Source of the DNA: an uncultured Bacteroidia bacterium
GTDB taxonomy: Bacteria > Bacteroidota > Bacteroidia > Bacteroidales > UBA932
NCBI GenBank assembly: GCA_902788095.1
Contig: CADAIT010000011.1
Location: 1,949 to 65,948, forward strand
Reading direction: 5' to 3'
DNA length: 64,000 nt
Part shown: positions 39,886 to 49,609 of the stretch, piece after piece
How the letters are laid out: the number at the start of each line of letters is the position of its first letter
How positions within the stretch are numbered: the stretch's first letter is position 1
Program-made: the position numbers and the translations under genes
Notes under the pieces: generated by a model
What the model saw: the letters and a program-made list of their open reading frames with translations, nothing else
Told to the model about the DNA's origin: nothing
Database searches by the model: none

Positions 39886-41790
39886 ATGAAAAAGATATTA
39901 TCTTCTATCGCTATCCTTGCGGTTTCCGCTACCTGCCTGACCGGTTGCTTCAATCTGGACGAGATCGCCTACTCCGAGATTACCCAGGATTCCTTCAATC
40001 CTACGGATCAGGACGTAGTCGCCCTTCTGGCCAGCTCCTATTCCGAGTTAGGTGCCTTCATGGACTGGTACGGCATGTTCGACGCCCAGGAAGAGGCTGC
40101 CGATGTCGTTATCACGCCCGCCCGTCCCAACGGTTGGGTGGACGGCGGTGTCTATCAGCGTATGCATGAACACACCTGGTATGCCGACGACCCCGGTTCC
40201 CCTTCTTCCCTCTATGGCTATGCATTTAGCGGTATCAATGCCGCCAACCGCGTGCTTGACCAGGTAAAAGACGGTTCCCTGAACACCGGTGACCTGAAAG
40301 ACAATATCATCGATGAACTCAAGGCCGTCCGCGCTCTTTGGTACGCCGTCCTTCTGGATTCCCATGGCAATGTCCCTATCGTCACTTCTTATAAGGATAC
40401 CGAACTTCCCAAGCAGAGCAGCCGTCGCAGGGTCTATCAATTTGTGACCAAGCAGTTCGAGGAAGTCATTGCCAACGGCAAGCTCTCCGAAGAGCGTTCC
40501 GCCGCCACTTACGGCCGTATGAACATGTGGGCTGTCAAGATGGCCCTCATGAGAGTGTATCTGAATGCAGAGGTTTATGTGGGCACTCCCGCGTATGACA
40601 AAGCCCTCAAGCTGGCCGAGGATATCATCCACAACGGTCCTTATCAGCTGTCCGCCAAGTATCTGGACAACTTCCAGGCTTTTGATGACGCCACCGCCGT
40701 AAACAATACGGAAATCATCTTCGCCATTCCTTACGACAATGTGTACAACACCGGTGAACATGTGTTCTGCATGGCCATGAAGTTCTATCCTCCGTCCGAG
40801 GGCCGTGCCCACTTCGGCTACGCCACCAACACCTGGGGCGGCAACTGCGGCAACCCTCAGTTCATCAATTCCTATCAGGAAGGCGACACCCGTCTCACCG
40901 ATACCTGGCTCTATGGTCCTCAGTTCGTAAGCACCCCGGCCCGTGCCGACAATGACTCCAAGGCCGCGAAATATTTCTCCGACGTGGAGGATGGCGTTGA
41001 GGTAGGCAAGCGCGACAAGATTGCCTGGTGGTGCCTCAACTATCTGCCGTCCATTACCGGTGCCCAGGGCAAGGAAGTCATCACCAGCATCGACTTCGGC
41101 TGCCGTCAGGCCAAGTATCAGCCGGACCTCAAGGCTTCCGCCACCAACCACTGGACCAACGACTTCCCCTGGTTCCGTCTGGCCGAGGCCTACTACACCG
41201 CTGCCGAGTGCATCCTCCGTGGTGCCACTTCTTCCTACGGCGACACGCCGGACGGTCTTGTAAACGCTGTCCGCCAGCGTTCCGCTCCGGCCCTTTCCCT
41301 GTCCGACCTCCAGAGCACCACGTCCCATTACAAATATGGCCTGGCCGCTTTCGGCGGAATCACCACAGCCATGCTTAACACATACGGCTCCGGCTTCAAG
41401 CAGAATGAGAACAACGAGTGGGTGGCCGACGACACCCGTCAGCCCCACGACTGGACCGAGGTCTATGAGGAGCTGGAAGCTTCCCAGACCATTTCCCCTT
41501 CCGGCCACGACAATGATCCTATCCAGTTCGCCGGCATGTACGACGAGTGGGGTTGGGAGTTCGCCCTTGAGGGTCTCCGCCGCCAGGTTATGATTCGTTT
41601 CGGTACTTTCGGTACCCGCAACTGGTTCAACCACACCGCCATCGGAGACAACCACACCGCTCTGTTCCCTATCGACAAGGGAACCCAGCAGGACAACAAG
41701 AACATGGGCCAGAACCCCGGTTATGTATCTGCTAACGGAGCCATGGCTGCCGATGTTGCCATCGACGACGAGATTCCCGACAATATGTAA
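39886..41790 (+). CDS. susD: SusD/RagB family lipoprotein (module B)
   Basis: Lipobox LTGC; ELKAVRALWY; FRLAEAY; WEFALEGLRRQVMIRFG; QNPGY. Confidence 0.92.
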   Translation: MKKILSSIAILAVSATCLTGCFNLDEIAYSEITQDSFNPTDQDVVALLASSYSELGAFMDWYGMFDAQEEAADVVITPARPNGWVDGGVYQRMHEHTWYADDPGSPSSLYGYAFSGINAANRVLDQVKDGSLNTGDLKDNIIDELKAVRALWYAVLLDSHGNVPIVTSYKDTELPKQSSRRRVYQFVTKQFEEVIANGKLSEERSAATYGRMNMWAVKMALMRVYLNAEVYVGTPAYDKALKLAEDIIHNGPYQLSAKYLDNFQAFDDATAVNNTEIIFAIPYDNVYNTGEHVFCMAMKFYPPSEGRAHFGYATNTWGGNCGNPQFINSYQEGDTRLTDTWLYGPQFVSTPARADNDSKAAKYFSDVEDGVEVGKRDKIAWWCLNYLPSITGAQGKEVITSIDFGCRQAKYQPDLKASATNHWTNDFPWFRLAEAYYTAAECILRGATSSYGDTPDGLVNAVRQRSAPALSLSDLQSTTSHYKYGLAAFGGITTAMLNTYGSGFKQNENNEWVADDTRQPHDWTEVYEELEASQTISPSGHDNDPIQFAGMYDEWGWEFALEGLRRQVMIRFGTFGTRNWFNHTAIGDNHTALFPIDKGTQQDNKNMGQNPGYVSANGAMAADVAIDDEIPDNM

Positions 41791-41809
41791 TCTGTAAAGC
41801 AACGAGAAT

Positions 41810-43213
41810 ATGAAAAAGATATTTATATACATGGCGCTTGCCTCAATGGCTCTCACAGCGTGCCACACGAAGGCATACTACGAGAACGACGGCATCCCTG
41901 TAGAACCGGAACCGGAGCCCGTCATCACCTATGAGGGTGAGGGTAAGCTATTAATCGGAGAATCAGGAAGCGAGCAAGAACTTAATAGTACGTATTCCTG
42001 GAAAGCTGATGAAGAAAACGGTATCCAAATAATCGTTAATATTGATACCCAGCAGTACGTTGATGGTGATGATGTCTATACCCCCGATTGGCAAATTGGA
42101 CATTTTTATCTGGACGTAAATTCCATCAACGAATTTCTCGGTATTTCTGTTACGGACGAATTGAATTTGGACAACTTCTATCCTGTTGCCAAAGACGGGG
42201 ATGGAAATGACGCTTCCTGGTCTTCCTATAAACCAGGTATGTGGTTGGACAAAAATGGAGTTTCCGGATATGGCAATGGCGTTATCTGCTGGCAGTGGTA
42301 TATCTGGGGTGCCAAAGATATGGGTGGCGTCGTTTATTATGATATGGCCGATGATCCGTCTGTGGAAGATGCCGCTGAAAGAACTTATACTAAGTATAAA
42401 GGACTCATGTATTTAGTAAGTAAGCCGGGAAGCGATGCAAAAGCTGCTGCAGGAAGTACCGTCAAGTCGCATAATGTTATCAAACTCGAAGATAGGGATG
42501 TTAACTTTGATCTCACTTTTGTGTTTGGTCCTTATGATGACGGAGGTGATGATGGATACGATCACAGTGAACCTCAGACGGCCCTGAGTGGTACCGCCAA
42601 ACTGAAAGCTGATCGAGAAACAGAAATGGAACATCAGTTGTCTTGGAATATTGCCAAGGAGGGTATTGAGTTCAATTGTGAATTGTCTCTCGCTGCACTT
42701 GGTTGTGTCTATCACAAGGCGGGAGATGTTGAAACCGATGATAAAGGGAATGAAGTCAGCTATAATCAGGATGGTTATTATGGTGGACCGTATCGTGTTG
42801 GTTATGTGAAGTTCGACCTTGGTATTTTCACAGATATCATTGGCAAGGACATTACAACTCTTACCGATGAAGAATTCTATCCTTGTGATGCGGAGGGTAA
42901 TAAACTGACCAAACGTTATACGATGAGTGGGGATGGCACATTGGCTGAAGGCGATTATACCGGATGGACCGCATTCCCGGGTACTGTCCCTGGAGAATGG
43001 GTTACCGATGACAGTCGTGCCGGCAACTGGTCCAGTGGTGCAGCCTATTGGTGGATAAACTATGATAAAGAGCGGAAAGCAGAGGTCGATTGTGAAGGTG
43101 CTTTTGTTATCGGCAATGGCCCCAATGTCATCCATCAACTTAATCAGGTTGTCACAAGCTACAATATGTGTAACGGCGTTCCGTTCAATGTTAATATAAA
43201 ATACGTTGAGTAA
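41810..43213 (+). CDS. Surface lipoprotein with two Trp-rich domains (candidate binding protein)
   Basis: Lipobox LTAC; SSYKPGMW..WQWY.WG domain shared with the C-terminus of 47483-49525; sequence becomes AT-richer after about 41930. Confidence 0.65.
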   Translation: MKKIFIYMALASMALTACHTKAYYENDGIPVEPEPEPVITYEGEGKLLIGESGSEQELNSTYSWKADEENGIQIIVNIDTQQYVDGDDVYTPDWQIGHFYLDVNSINEFLGISVTDELNLDNFYPVAKDGDGNDASWSSYKPGMWLDKNGVSGYGNGVICWQWYIWGAKDMGGVVYYDMADDPSVEDAAERTYTKYKGLMYLVSKPGSDAKAAAGSTVKSHNVIKLEDRDVNFDLTFVFGPYDDGGDDGYDHSEPQTALSGTAKLKADRETEMEHQLSWNIAKEGIEFNCELSLAALGCVYHKAGDVETDDKGNEVSYNQDGYYGGPYRVGYVKFDLGIFTDIIGKDITTLTDEEFYPCDAEGNKLTKRYTMSGDGTLAEGDYTGWTAFPGTVPGEWVTDDSRAGNWSSGAAYWWINYDKERKAEVDCEGAFVIGNGPNVIHQLNQVVTSYNMCNGVPFNVNIKYVE

Positions 43214-43223
43214 TCTTATTTCT

Positions 43224-43251
43224 GGGTCGGTTTCCATACCGGCCCTTTTTT
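43224..43251 (+). terminator. Rho-independent terminator
   Basis: GGGTCGGT-ttccat-ACCGGCCC followed by TTTTTT, 10 nt after the stop. Confidence 0.75.
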
Positions 43252-43274
43252 AGTAATTTAACAATCTGGCTATT

Positions 43275-45353
43275 ATGAAAACTGTTTATCATTATTTGAC
43301 AGCCATAGTTGTGGCTATTATTGGCGTTTCCTGCTCTAAAATACAAGAAGGAAATATTAACGTTCTCGAGGAACAAACGATTAATGAGGATGCTTTTACC
43401 AAATCGCTTTCGTTAATATCAGATGCTCAGTCTGGGGATATCAAGATTGTGGGGTCGAGAATTGTAGTTGAAAAAGAGATTGTTTATCTTGCATTGGATA
43501 TTGAATCATCTCAGGCGGCAGATTATTATCTCTCTGTTTTTATGATCCCTGAGGACAGTTCCGTATATCGGATTAGTGCGAATGGCGAAACAATAAAGGG
43601 GCTGCTCAAACCACAAAAGGTAGGTTGGCAGGCTATACGTTTTACGGATGAAAACCGAAGAAACAAAACCATTCCGTTGCGCTTAGGAAGAAATGAAGTG
43701 CGAGTATATTCGTCCAGTAATGACTTTCCTGAGATACAAGTAGTAAGAATGACATTATCTGAGTCAGAGAATGCTATTCATACTGAGGCATATGATGAAT
43801 ATGTCAGTAAAATTAGTTCAGGCAGTTTTTATTCATCTACTGATACTAAAGTTGCGTCGTTGGCATTGGTTGATTATCAATACGCACTGGATTGTCCCTT
43901 GTTGTATTCTTTCACAAAAACCATAGTATTAACAGCGGGAAACAATCAAGTTACCGTGGCGTCAAATTCTGGTGGTAATCCTATAGTTGTTGATATATTT
44001 AAGGATAATGTGTACACGTATAAGACAGTAATCTATCCGGCGAATGGTTTTACTCAAAATTTTCCTCCGGGTATTTATACCGTTCATTTAAGAAGATATT
44101 TACAGAATCAGCCGTCGTTGGCACCAATTCGAATCAGTTATACTGGCAATGTAAACTATAATTATTCAATCTGCCCAATCTCTGGCTACAATTTTGAGAC
44201 ACAGTCAGATGGCTATAATTCAGGTCAGGTTAATTATTTTACATGTCACACAACAAGCGGCTCAGATCCAGTCATGTATTTGGAGAACGCTTATGGGGGT
44301 GCAGTGGGGAGCACAAATGATAATTATTCCGGGTCGGGGGATTTTGATTGGACGGTGAATTCACGATTATCGGTGTCTTATTCGGGAGCCCCGTTGGTCC
44401 ATATTTTTAATTCCTCTTCTGTTAACCCAGAGGGAACCTGCGATTTGTATGTTCGGATTCCATATTCACCTGTTTCGACTTGGTTTCCCAATTTAATACA
44501 AAATGACGCGTTGAAATCGGGAGACGCAACCGGTACATATAATTGTATCGCATGGGCCGGGGATCAGGTTGATGAATGGGTGTGGCCATTAAATGAAAAC
44601 TCTCCATATTACATAGCGGGAGCGACAGCTTTAGCAATGTTTGATTATTATTTTGATTCTAAGGGATATACAAGGTTTGGAGCAAATGCATCAAATGCGG
44701 CTGTGGCTCTGTGGGGAACAAATATGGGTTTTACTCATGCATCAATAACCAAGAATGCTCGGTCGGTTTACCCGCACGGATATGATTGGGAGAGTAAAAC
44801 CGGAGCAAGTGTCCGTTTGTTTCATGAGAGGAATTCACTTAGTGGAAGTCTTTCAATTTACGAAAGCTATGGTGAAATAAAGTATTATTACAGGGTGAAT
44901 CCGGAAGCATTGATATATAGCAATCACGTCGAGCATTATACTTTTAATGACGAGAGTCTTTCTGTATTACGTGAACTTTCTGATGGAATAAAGGGAGAGC
45001 TAAAAGTTGATTTTCTCAGATTATTTAATGACTGGATAGAGGAGTGTAATCTTCCGGAAAATATTATCCAAAGTAATCCTGAGATGCTGAAACGTGGAAC
45101 ACACTACAAAACGTTATTGGATTTTTGTATGAAAGAGCAAAATAGTATTCTTCCATTAATCATAACTAAGTTGGTAGAGGGAAATACACTCTCGGAATTT
45201 TTGTTTTTAGATGTTTTTCCGAATCAGTATAACTATCTTAAAGAGTCAGCTTTTCATAGGTATCAAAAAGATCAATCAGTTCGTCCATCTGCTCGGGGAA
45301 ATGCGCTTCGTTTAGCAGAAGCGTATCTAGGTATATTCAGGGAACAATATTGA
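43275..45353 (+). CDS. AT-rich hypothetical lipoprotein with a possible Cys-His (papain-like) domain
   Basis: 692-aa ORF, lipobox GVSC; YNCIAWA...THAS...WESKTG pattern; composition unlike the flanks. Confidence 0.6.
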   Translation: MKTVYHYLTAIVVAIIGVSCSKIQEGNINVLEEQTINEDAFTKSLSLISDAQSGDIKIVGSRIVVEKEIVYLALDIESSQAADYYLSVFMIPEDSSVYRISANGETIKGLLKPQKVGWQAIRFTDENRRNKTIPLRLGRNEVRVYSSSNDFPEIQVVRMTLSESENAIHTEAYDEYVSKISSGSFYSSTDTKVASLALVDYQYALDCPLLYSFTKTIVLTAGNNQVTVASNSGGNPIVVDIFKDNVYTYKTVIYPANGFTQNFPPGIYTVHLRRYLQNQPSLAPIRISYTGNVNYNYSICPISGYNFETQSDGYNSGQVNYFTCHTTSGSDPVMYLENAYGGAVGSTNDNYSGSGDFDWTVNSRLSVSYSGAPLVHIFNSSSVNPEGTCDLYVRIPYSPVSTWFPNLIQNDALKSGDATGTYNCIAWAGDQVDEWVWPLNENSPYYIAGATALAMFDYYFDSKGYTRFGANASNAAVALWGTNMGFTHASITKNARSVYPHGYDWESKTGASVRLFHERNSLSGSLSIYESYGEIKYYYRVNPEALIYSNHVEHYTFNDESLSVLRELSDGIKGELKVDFLRLFNDWIEECNLPENIIQSNPEMLKRGTHYKTLLDFCMKEQNSILPLIITKLVEGNTLSEFLFLDVFPNQYNYLKESAFHRYQKDQSVRPSARGNALRLAEAYLGIFREQY

Positions 45354-45574
45354 TTTAGCTTTTCGAAGGGCCCAAAAAAGGTCATCCTAAGTATTATACA
45401 TAATCGGCCCAAATGTCAATCAAAGGGGACTCATTCCCGGCGGTGAGGAAGACCTCTATCCGACCATCTCCCGGAGCTGCTCAAAACGCTGGCCCTGGAT
45501 GAGTCCTCCTTCCGGAAGATGCTCGCGGAATAGGCATGCTTTCAAATAATCTTTCAAAGGCTGGGATTTTTTCC

Positions 45575-45768
45575 CGGCCTTTTTGCCCGTATTTGCCGGG
45601 TGCCTGACTCGGCCAAGCCACCTCGCCGTCAATTTCGCCCGTTTTTGCGGGTTGTCTGGCCCGGCCAAGCCACCGCGCCGTCAATTTCGCCCATTTTTGC
45701 GGGTTGTCTGGCCCGACCAAGCCACCTCGCCGTCAATTTTGCCCATTTTTGCGGGTTGTCTGGCCCAG
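45575..45768 (+). repeat. 52-bp tandem intergenic repeat, 3 units plus a degenerate leading unit
   Basis: GCCAC starts at 45617, 45669, 45721; unit GCCACCTCGCCGTCAATTTCGCCC.TTTTTGCGGGTTGTCTGGCCCG.CCAA. Confidence 0.9.
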
Positions 45769-45788
45769 CGAAGATGAACCTGCCGTTT

Positions 45789-45854
45789 TTGGACGAAATT
45801 GATAGCGGAATGTACATTCTTTCTATGAATTGGTGGGGATATATGCTATTTTTG
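45789..45854 (+). promoter_or_regulatory. Promoter (-7 TATTTTTG 45847) with operator TTGGAC-N15-ATGTAC
   Basis: Hexamers at 45789-45794 and 45810-45815; 31 nt to the -7 box. Confidence 0.6.
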
Positions 45855-45869
45855 TGTGCACTTTAACTG

Positions 45870-47468
45870 ATGCCAATGATGACCGCTTGCAAACATCTTC
45901 TTTTAGGGGCTGTGGCTCTTGCCGTTTTTGCGGCCTGCCAAAAAAAGGGGGATATCGATGAAGGGGGCTCCCGGGAACCGGCCCTTGCCGAGACCTTCTC
46001 CGAATGGCCCGCCTACCAAGGAATCGATTATGATTTCCTGGATGATTATACCATGCCCGAAATGCCCACCAAGAATATGACGGGCGTGGTTGGCGGAGAG
46101 GCCTGGCGCTACGACGACCGCTGGTTCACCTTTGTCCAGGGAAAGAACGCCAATTCCCTGGTAAAGGAAAATGAGGCGGCGGCCAAACGCATGCTGGCCC
46201 AGCTGAACGAAGACTTCGAGTATCTCCGTAACGAAATGGGCTGGCTCCCGGACCGCAACGCCATGGAAGGTTACCGCAGCACGGTTTATCTCTATGGCTC
46301 CGGCCTCAGCACCGACAACGAGCCCAATACCGCCACCGGTGGCTGGCAGAGTTCCGTGTACAACGGCGGCAAGGAATATCCCATGCTCCTTCTGTCTTAT
46401 TACCCGGTCTATTGTTTCGACCCCAAGTGCAATTACAACGACAAAGACTACCATACCTACAATGTGACGCACGAAGGTATCCACTGCATTTTCTCCTCCC
46501 GTCCGGGCGGCAAGAAAATCAGCTGGTTCCACGAAGGCTGCGACGTATGGCTGCAGCGAGCCCTCAACATCCGCCGCGGTACCACAAAACCGGCCGATAT
46601 CGAATTCGGCTGGCTGGCTTCCGGCACCCTGTTGGCTCCGTTCATCCCCATCGAATGTTACGGCGGCTGGAAGAGCGACGGCACCTGGGGCCCGCCGGAC
46701 TGGATGATGCCATCGACCGGTGACAACCGCCGTATCCTTGGCGGCGTCCAGTATTCCGAGGTCTTCCCCTCCTTCATGGAGATTAGCGTAGGGGACGGTG
46801 CCATCAAATGGATTTGGGAGCATTGCCAGGGGTATCTCCTGCAAAGTCTGGCCCGGTCTTCCCCCATGGGACACGACCAGGTGAAGCGCATGATTCTTGA
46901 GTTCCGTTCCCGCGTGGCCCTTCTGGACCTGGGGATTTACTCCAATGCCGCCAAAAAGCTGTCCAACCAGTATTTCGGAACGACGGTGGAATCGGAAGGT
47001 TCACAGAAATGCGCTCCCTGGCAACTCACGCCATACGTGGAAACGTATCCGGTCGAGGACGGCTGGATTGTGCCTGATGCAAACACCCTTCCCGGCTGGA
47101 CCGGCGCCAATATCATCCCCATCAAGGTGAAGGGAGACAAAGTGACCGTCTCTTTTGAGGGCGTTCCCCCGCTTTCCGTCAATGGAAACTTCGACGCGCT
47201 GGACCTGGTGTGCCAGCTCTGCTGGAGAACCACCGACGGCCGCCCCGTTTACGCCCAGCCCTTCGAGAGCGGGGACTGCACCGTGAGCCTGGAAGGCCAG
47301 AGGCCCGCCAACGACGTTATCTTCGCCGTAGTCTGCAACCGGACTTACCAGTTCAAGACGGCCCTTCTCAAGACCAAATACTGGTATAAACTCAAGTTGG
47401 GCGAAGGCACCGACGGTACCGCGTCCACCGGCACCCGCTGGTTCAATTATGACCAAAAACTTAAATAA
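45870..47468 (+). CDS. HExxH gluzincin lipoprotein (Svx/AvrXca- or DUF6055-related)
   Basis: Lipobox FAAC; THEGIH..(12)..WFHEG; C-terminal P..TG.NII.I beta domain as in the other four HExxH lipoproteins. Confidence 0.65.
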   Translation: MPMMTACKHLLLGAVALAVFAACQKKGDIDEGGSREPALAETFSEWPAYQGIDYDFLDDYTMPEMPTKNMTGVVGGEAWRYDDRWFTFVQGKNANSLVKENEAAAKRMLAQLNEDFEYLRNEMGWLPDRNAMEGYRSTVYLYGSGLSTDNEPNTATGGWQSSVYNGGKEYPMLLLSYYPVYCFDPKCNYNDKDYHTYNVTHEGIHCIFSSRPGGKKISWFHEGCDVWLQRALNIRRGTTKPADIEFGWLASGTLLAPFIPIECYGGWKSDGTWGPPDWMMPSTGDNRRILGGVQYSEVFPSFMEISVGDGAIKWIWEHCQGYLLQSLARSSPMGHDQVKRMILEFRSRVALLDLGIYSNAAKKLSNQYFGTTVESEGSQKCAPWQLTPYVETYPVEDGWIVPDANTLPGWTGANIIPIKVKGDKVTVSFEGVPPLSVNGNFDALDLVCQLCWRTTDGRPVYAQPFESGDCTVSLEGQRPANDVIFAVVCNRTYQFKTALLKTKYWYKLKLGEGTDGTASTGTRWFNYDQKLK

Positions 47469-47482
47469 CAAAAACAATAACC

Positions 47483-49525
47483 ATGACTAAGAAATGGATG
47501 TTCGGGCTGGCTGCCGCAGCCCTGATGCTGACCTTTTCCTGCAAGAAAGAAACGAAACCGGATCCCGTTCCCGGCGGAAAGGAGGACGAAGAAGAGGTGA
47601 CTCCCACCCCTCCCGTAAACCAGGTTCTCACCCCGGCCGACGTTCCCAATTACGAGAAGATTTACATGACCTCCGAGTTCTACAAGAAGGAGCGGGGATG
47701 GGACGTGACCAGCACTTTTTACGACCCGCTCAAGCCGGAGAGCCTGTACTACTTCGGACGCAGCAAGCAGAGCGAGCACTTCATCATCTTCTGGGACAAG
47801 GATTACGGCACCACTACGCCGGACGAGGCTTCCAGCCCCTATCATCTGGATACGGACGCCTTCCTGTCCTGGTGCGAGGAAATTTTCGACCACTACGTGA
47901 ACACCCTCAAGTTCGCCCATTATACTCCGGCCGACAAATCCTATCTGGACAGCTATAAATTCCAGATTTACCTCTGGCACCAGACGGAATGGGCGGCCTA
48001 TGGTTCCGGTCCGTCCGACAACATCACCGGCTGCCTCTGGGTGAATCCGGAAGCGGCGAACAGCCGCTCCACCGTGGCCCACGAAATCGGCCATTCCTTC
48101 CAGTACCAGACCGCCTGCGACCTTATCCTGAACAAGGAAGCCACCGACATTTACAGCACGGCTTTCCGTTACGACCAGGGGCAGGGGAGCACCTTCTGGG
48201 AGCAGACCGCCCAGTGGCAGAGCTTCCAGATGTGCCCGGAAGAAACCTTCACCAACTACTATTTCTCCAATTTCTGCGACAACTGCAACCGCCACTTCGC
48301 CCATGAAGACATGCGTTACGGCAGCTACTTCTTCCACTATTACTGGATTGACAAGTACGGGATTGACGCCGTGGCCAAAGTGTGGCGCAGCGCCCGTAAA
48401 CCCAAGGATTCCCTGGAGTCCTACATGGCCGCCTACAACCTGGGCATAGACGAATTCAACGCGCAGGTTTACGACTACGCCGCCCGCATTGCCACCTGGG
48501 ACTTCCAGCAGATTCGCACGGCCGGAGCCAATTACGCCGGCGCTGTTGCCTGGAAGGGCAGCGATGCCGGTGAAGGCTGGTTCCTCGTTGACCCGTCCAA
48601 GGTCCTGGAGGCCACCGGTTTCAACATCATTCCCGTGAGCGCCCTTCCCGGTCAGGAGATATCGGCCGATTTCCTGGGCCTTCCCAACGAGGCCGGCTTC
48701 AACAAGAGCGGAGACGCTTCCGTAGCCGGATGGACCCTCGGCTTCGTGTCCCTGGGCTCCGACCGCAGCACCCGCACGTACAGTACGCCCGTGACGGCTA
48801 CGGCCGCCACCGGAAACGCCGCCGTCGCTACGTGGACCGTCCCTGACGGAGCCGCGCATGTCTGGGCGATAGTCGCTTGTACGCCAACCGCTTACATTAC
48901 TCACCTCTGGGACGAGAACAACGCCAACGACCGCCATTGGCCCTACAAGGTGAAGTTCACGGTGGACGGTTCCGTGCAGGATTTGTCGGCCCCCTCCAGC
49001 GGCAGCCTCAACGGCGCCGGTATCGGCAGCACCTATTCCTGGACCCTTTCCGGCACCACCATCGCCGTCAACGTGAATATCGACACGCAGGAAGCGGCTT
49101 CCCGCGGCGGTTTCCAGGTAGGCTATTTCGAGCTTCCCGTAGAAAAGGTGAACGAATTCATCGGCGCCGATGTCCGTAACCTGGACGAGAGCAGCTTCAC
49201 CGCCTACAATCCCGACGGCACCCGGGTGGACTTCAGTTCCTACAAGCCCGGCATGTGGGTGGACATCAATGGCAAATCCTGCGGCTGGAGCACCGGTACA
49301 GCCTTCTGGCAGTGGTATGTGTGGGGCGGCAAGAAGGACAAGGCCGGCAACACCATTACCTACGACGGAGACCCCAACGGCACCGGAGAGAACCAGAGCC
49401 GCTTCCTGGTGGGCATGCATCCCGACAACGTGGCCGCCGCCAAGGGCAAGACCATCGTCTTTAACAACAAGATAGCAGCCAATGGCACCACCTTCGACTT
49501 TATCGTCACGTACAAATACTTGTAG
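47483..49525 (+). CDS. DUF6055-like HExxH gluzincin lipoprotein with C-terminal Trp-rich domain
   Basis: Lipobox TFSC; RSKQSEHFIIFW; AHEIGHSFQY, FWEQTAQWQ; C-terminal SSYKPGMW domain. Confidence 0.75.
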   Translation: MTKKWMFGLAAAALMLTFSCKKETKPDPVPGGKEDEEEVTPTPPVNQVLTPADVPNYEKIYMTSEFYKKERGWDVTSTFYDPLKPESLYYFGRSKQSEHFIIFWDKDYGTTTPDEASSPYHLDTDAFLSWCEEIFDHYVNTLKFAHYTPADKSYLDSYKFQIYLWHQTEWAAYGSGPSDNITGCLWVNPEAANSRSTVAHEIGHSFQYQTACDLILNKEATDIYSTAFRYDQGQGSTFWEQTAQWQSFQMCPEETFTNYYFSNFCDNCNRHFAHEDMRYGSYFFHYYWIDKYGIDAVAKVWRSARKPKDSLESYMAAYNLGIDEFNAQVYDYAARIATWDFQQIRTAGANYAGAVAWKGSDAGEGWFLVDPSKVLEATGFNIIPVSALPGQEISADFLGLPNEAGFNKSGDASVAGWTLGFVSLGSDRSTRTYSTPVTATAATGNAAVATWTVPDGAAHVWAIVACTPTAYITHLWDENNANDRHWPYKVKFTVDGSVQDLSAPSSGSLNGAGIGSTYSWTLSGTTIAVNVNIDTQEAASRGGFQVGYFELPVEKVNEFIGADVRNLDESSFTAYNPDGTRVDFSSYKPGMWVDINGKSCGWSTGTAFWQWYVWGGKKDKAGNTITYDGDPNGTGENQSRFLVGMHPDNVAAAKGKTIVFNNKIAANGTTFDFIVTYKYL

Positions 49526-49554
49526 GCCCTCTTCTTTTTCTCATAAATAATCAC

Positions 49555-49562
49555 TAACTTTG
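49555..49562 (+). promoter_or_regulatory. -7 box of the pruA-hypD operon
   Basis: TAACTTTG 47 nt upstream of the pruA ATG, followed by an AT-rich leader. Confidence 0.5.
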
Positions 49563-49609
49563 GAAGAATTTAATATTAAAAATATTAAAAATACACTAAA
49601 AACACTTTT

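Noticed and set aside
45575-45768. 52-bp arrays as CRISPR
   Set aside because: Units are head-to-tail with no unique spacers, and no cas genes are present
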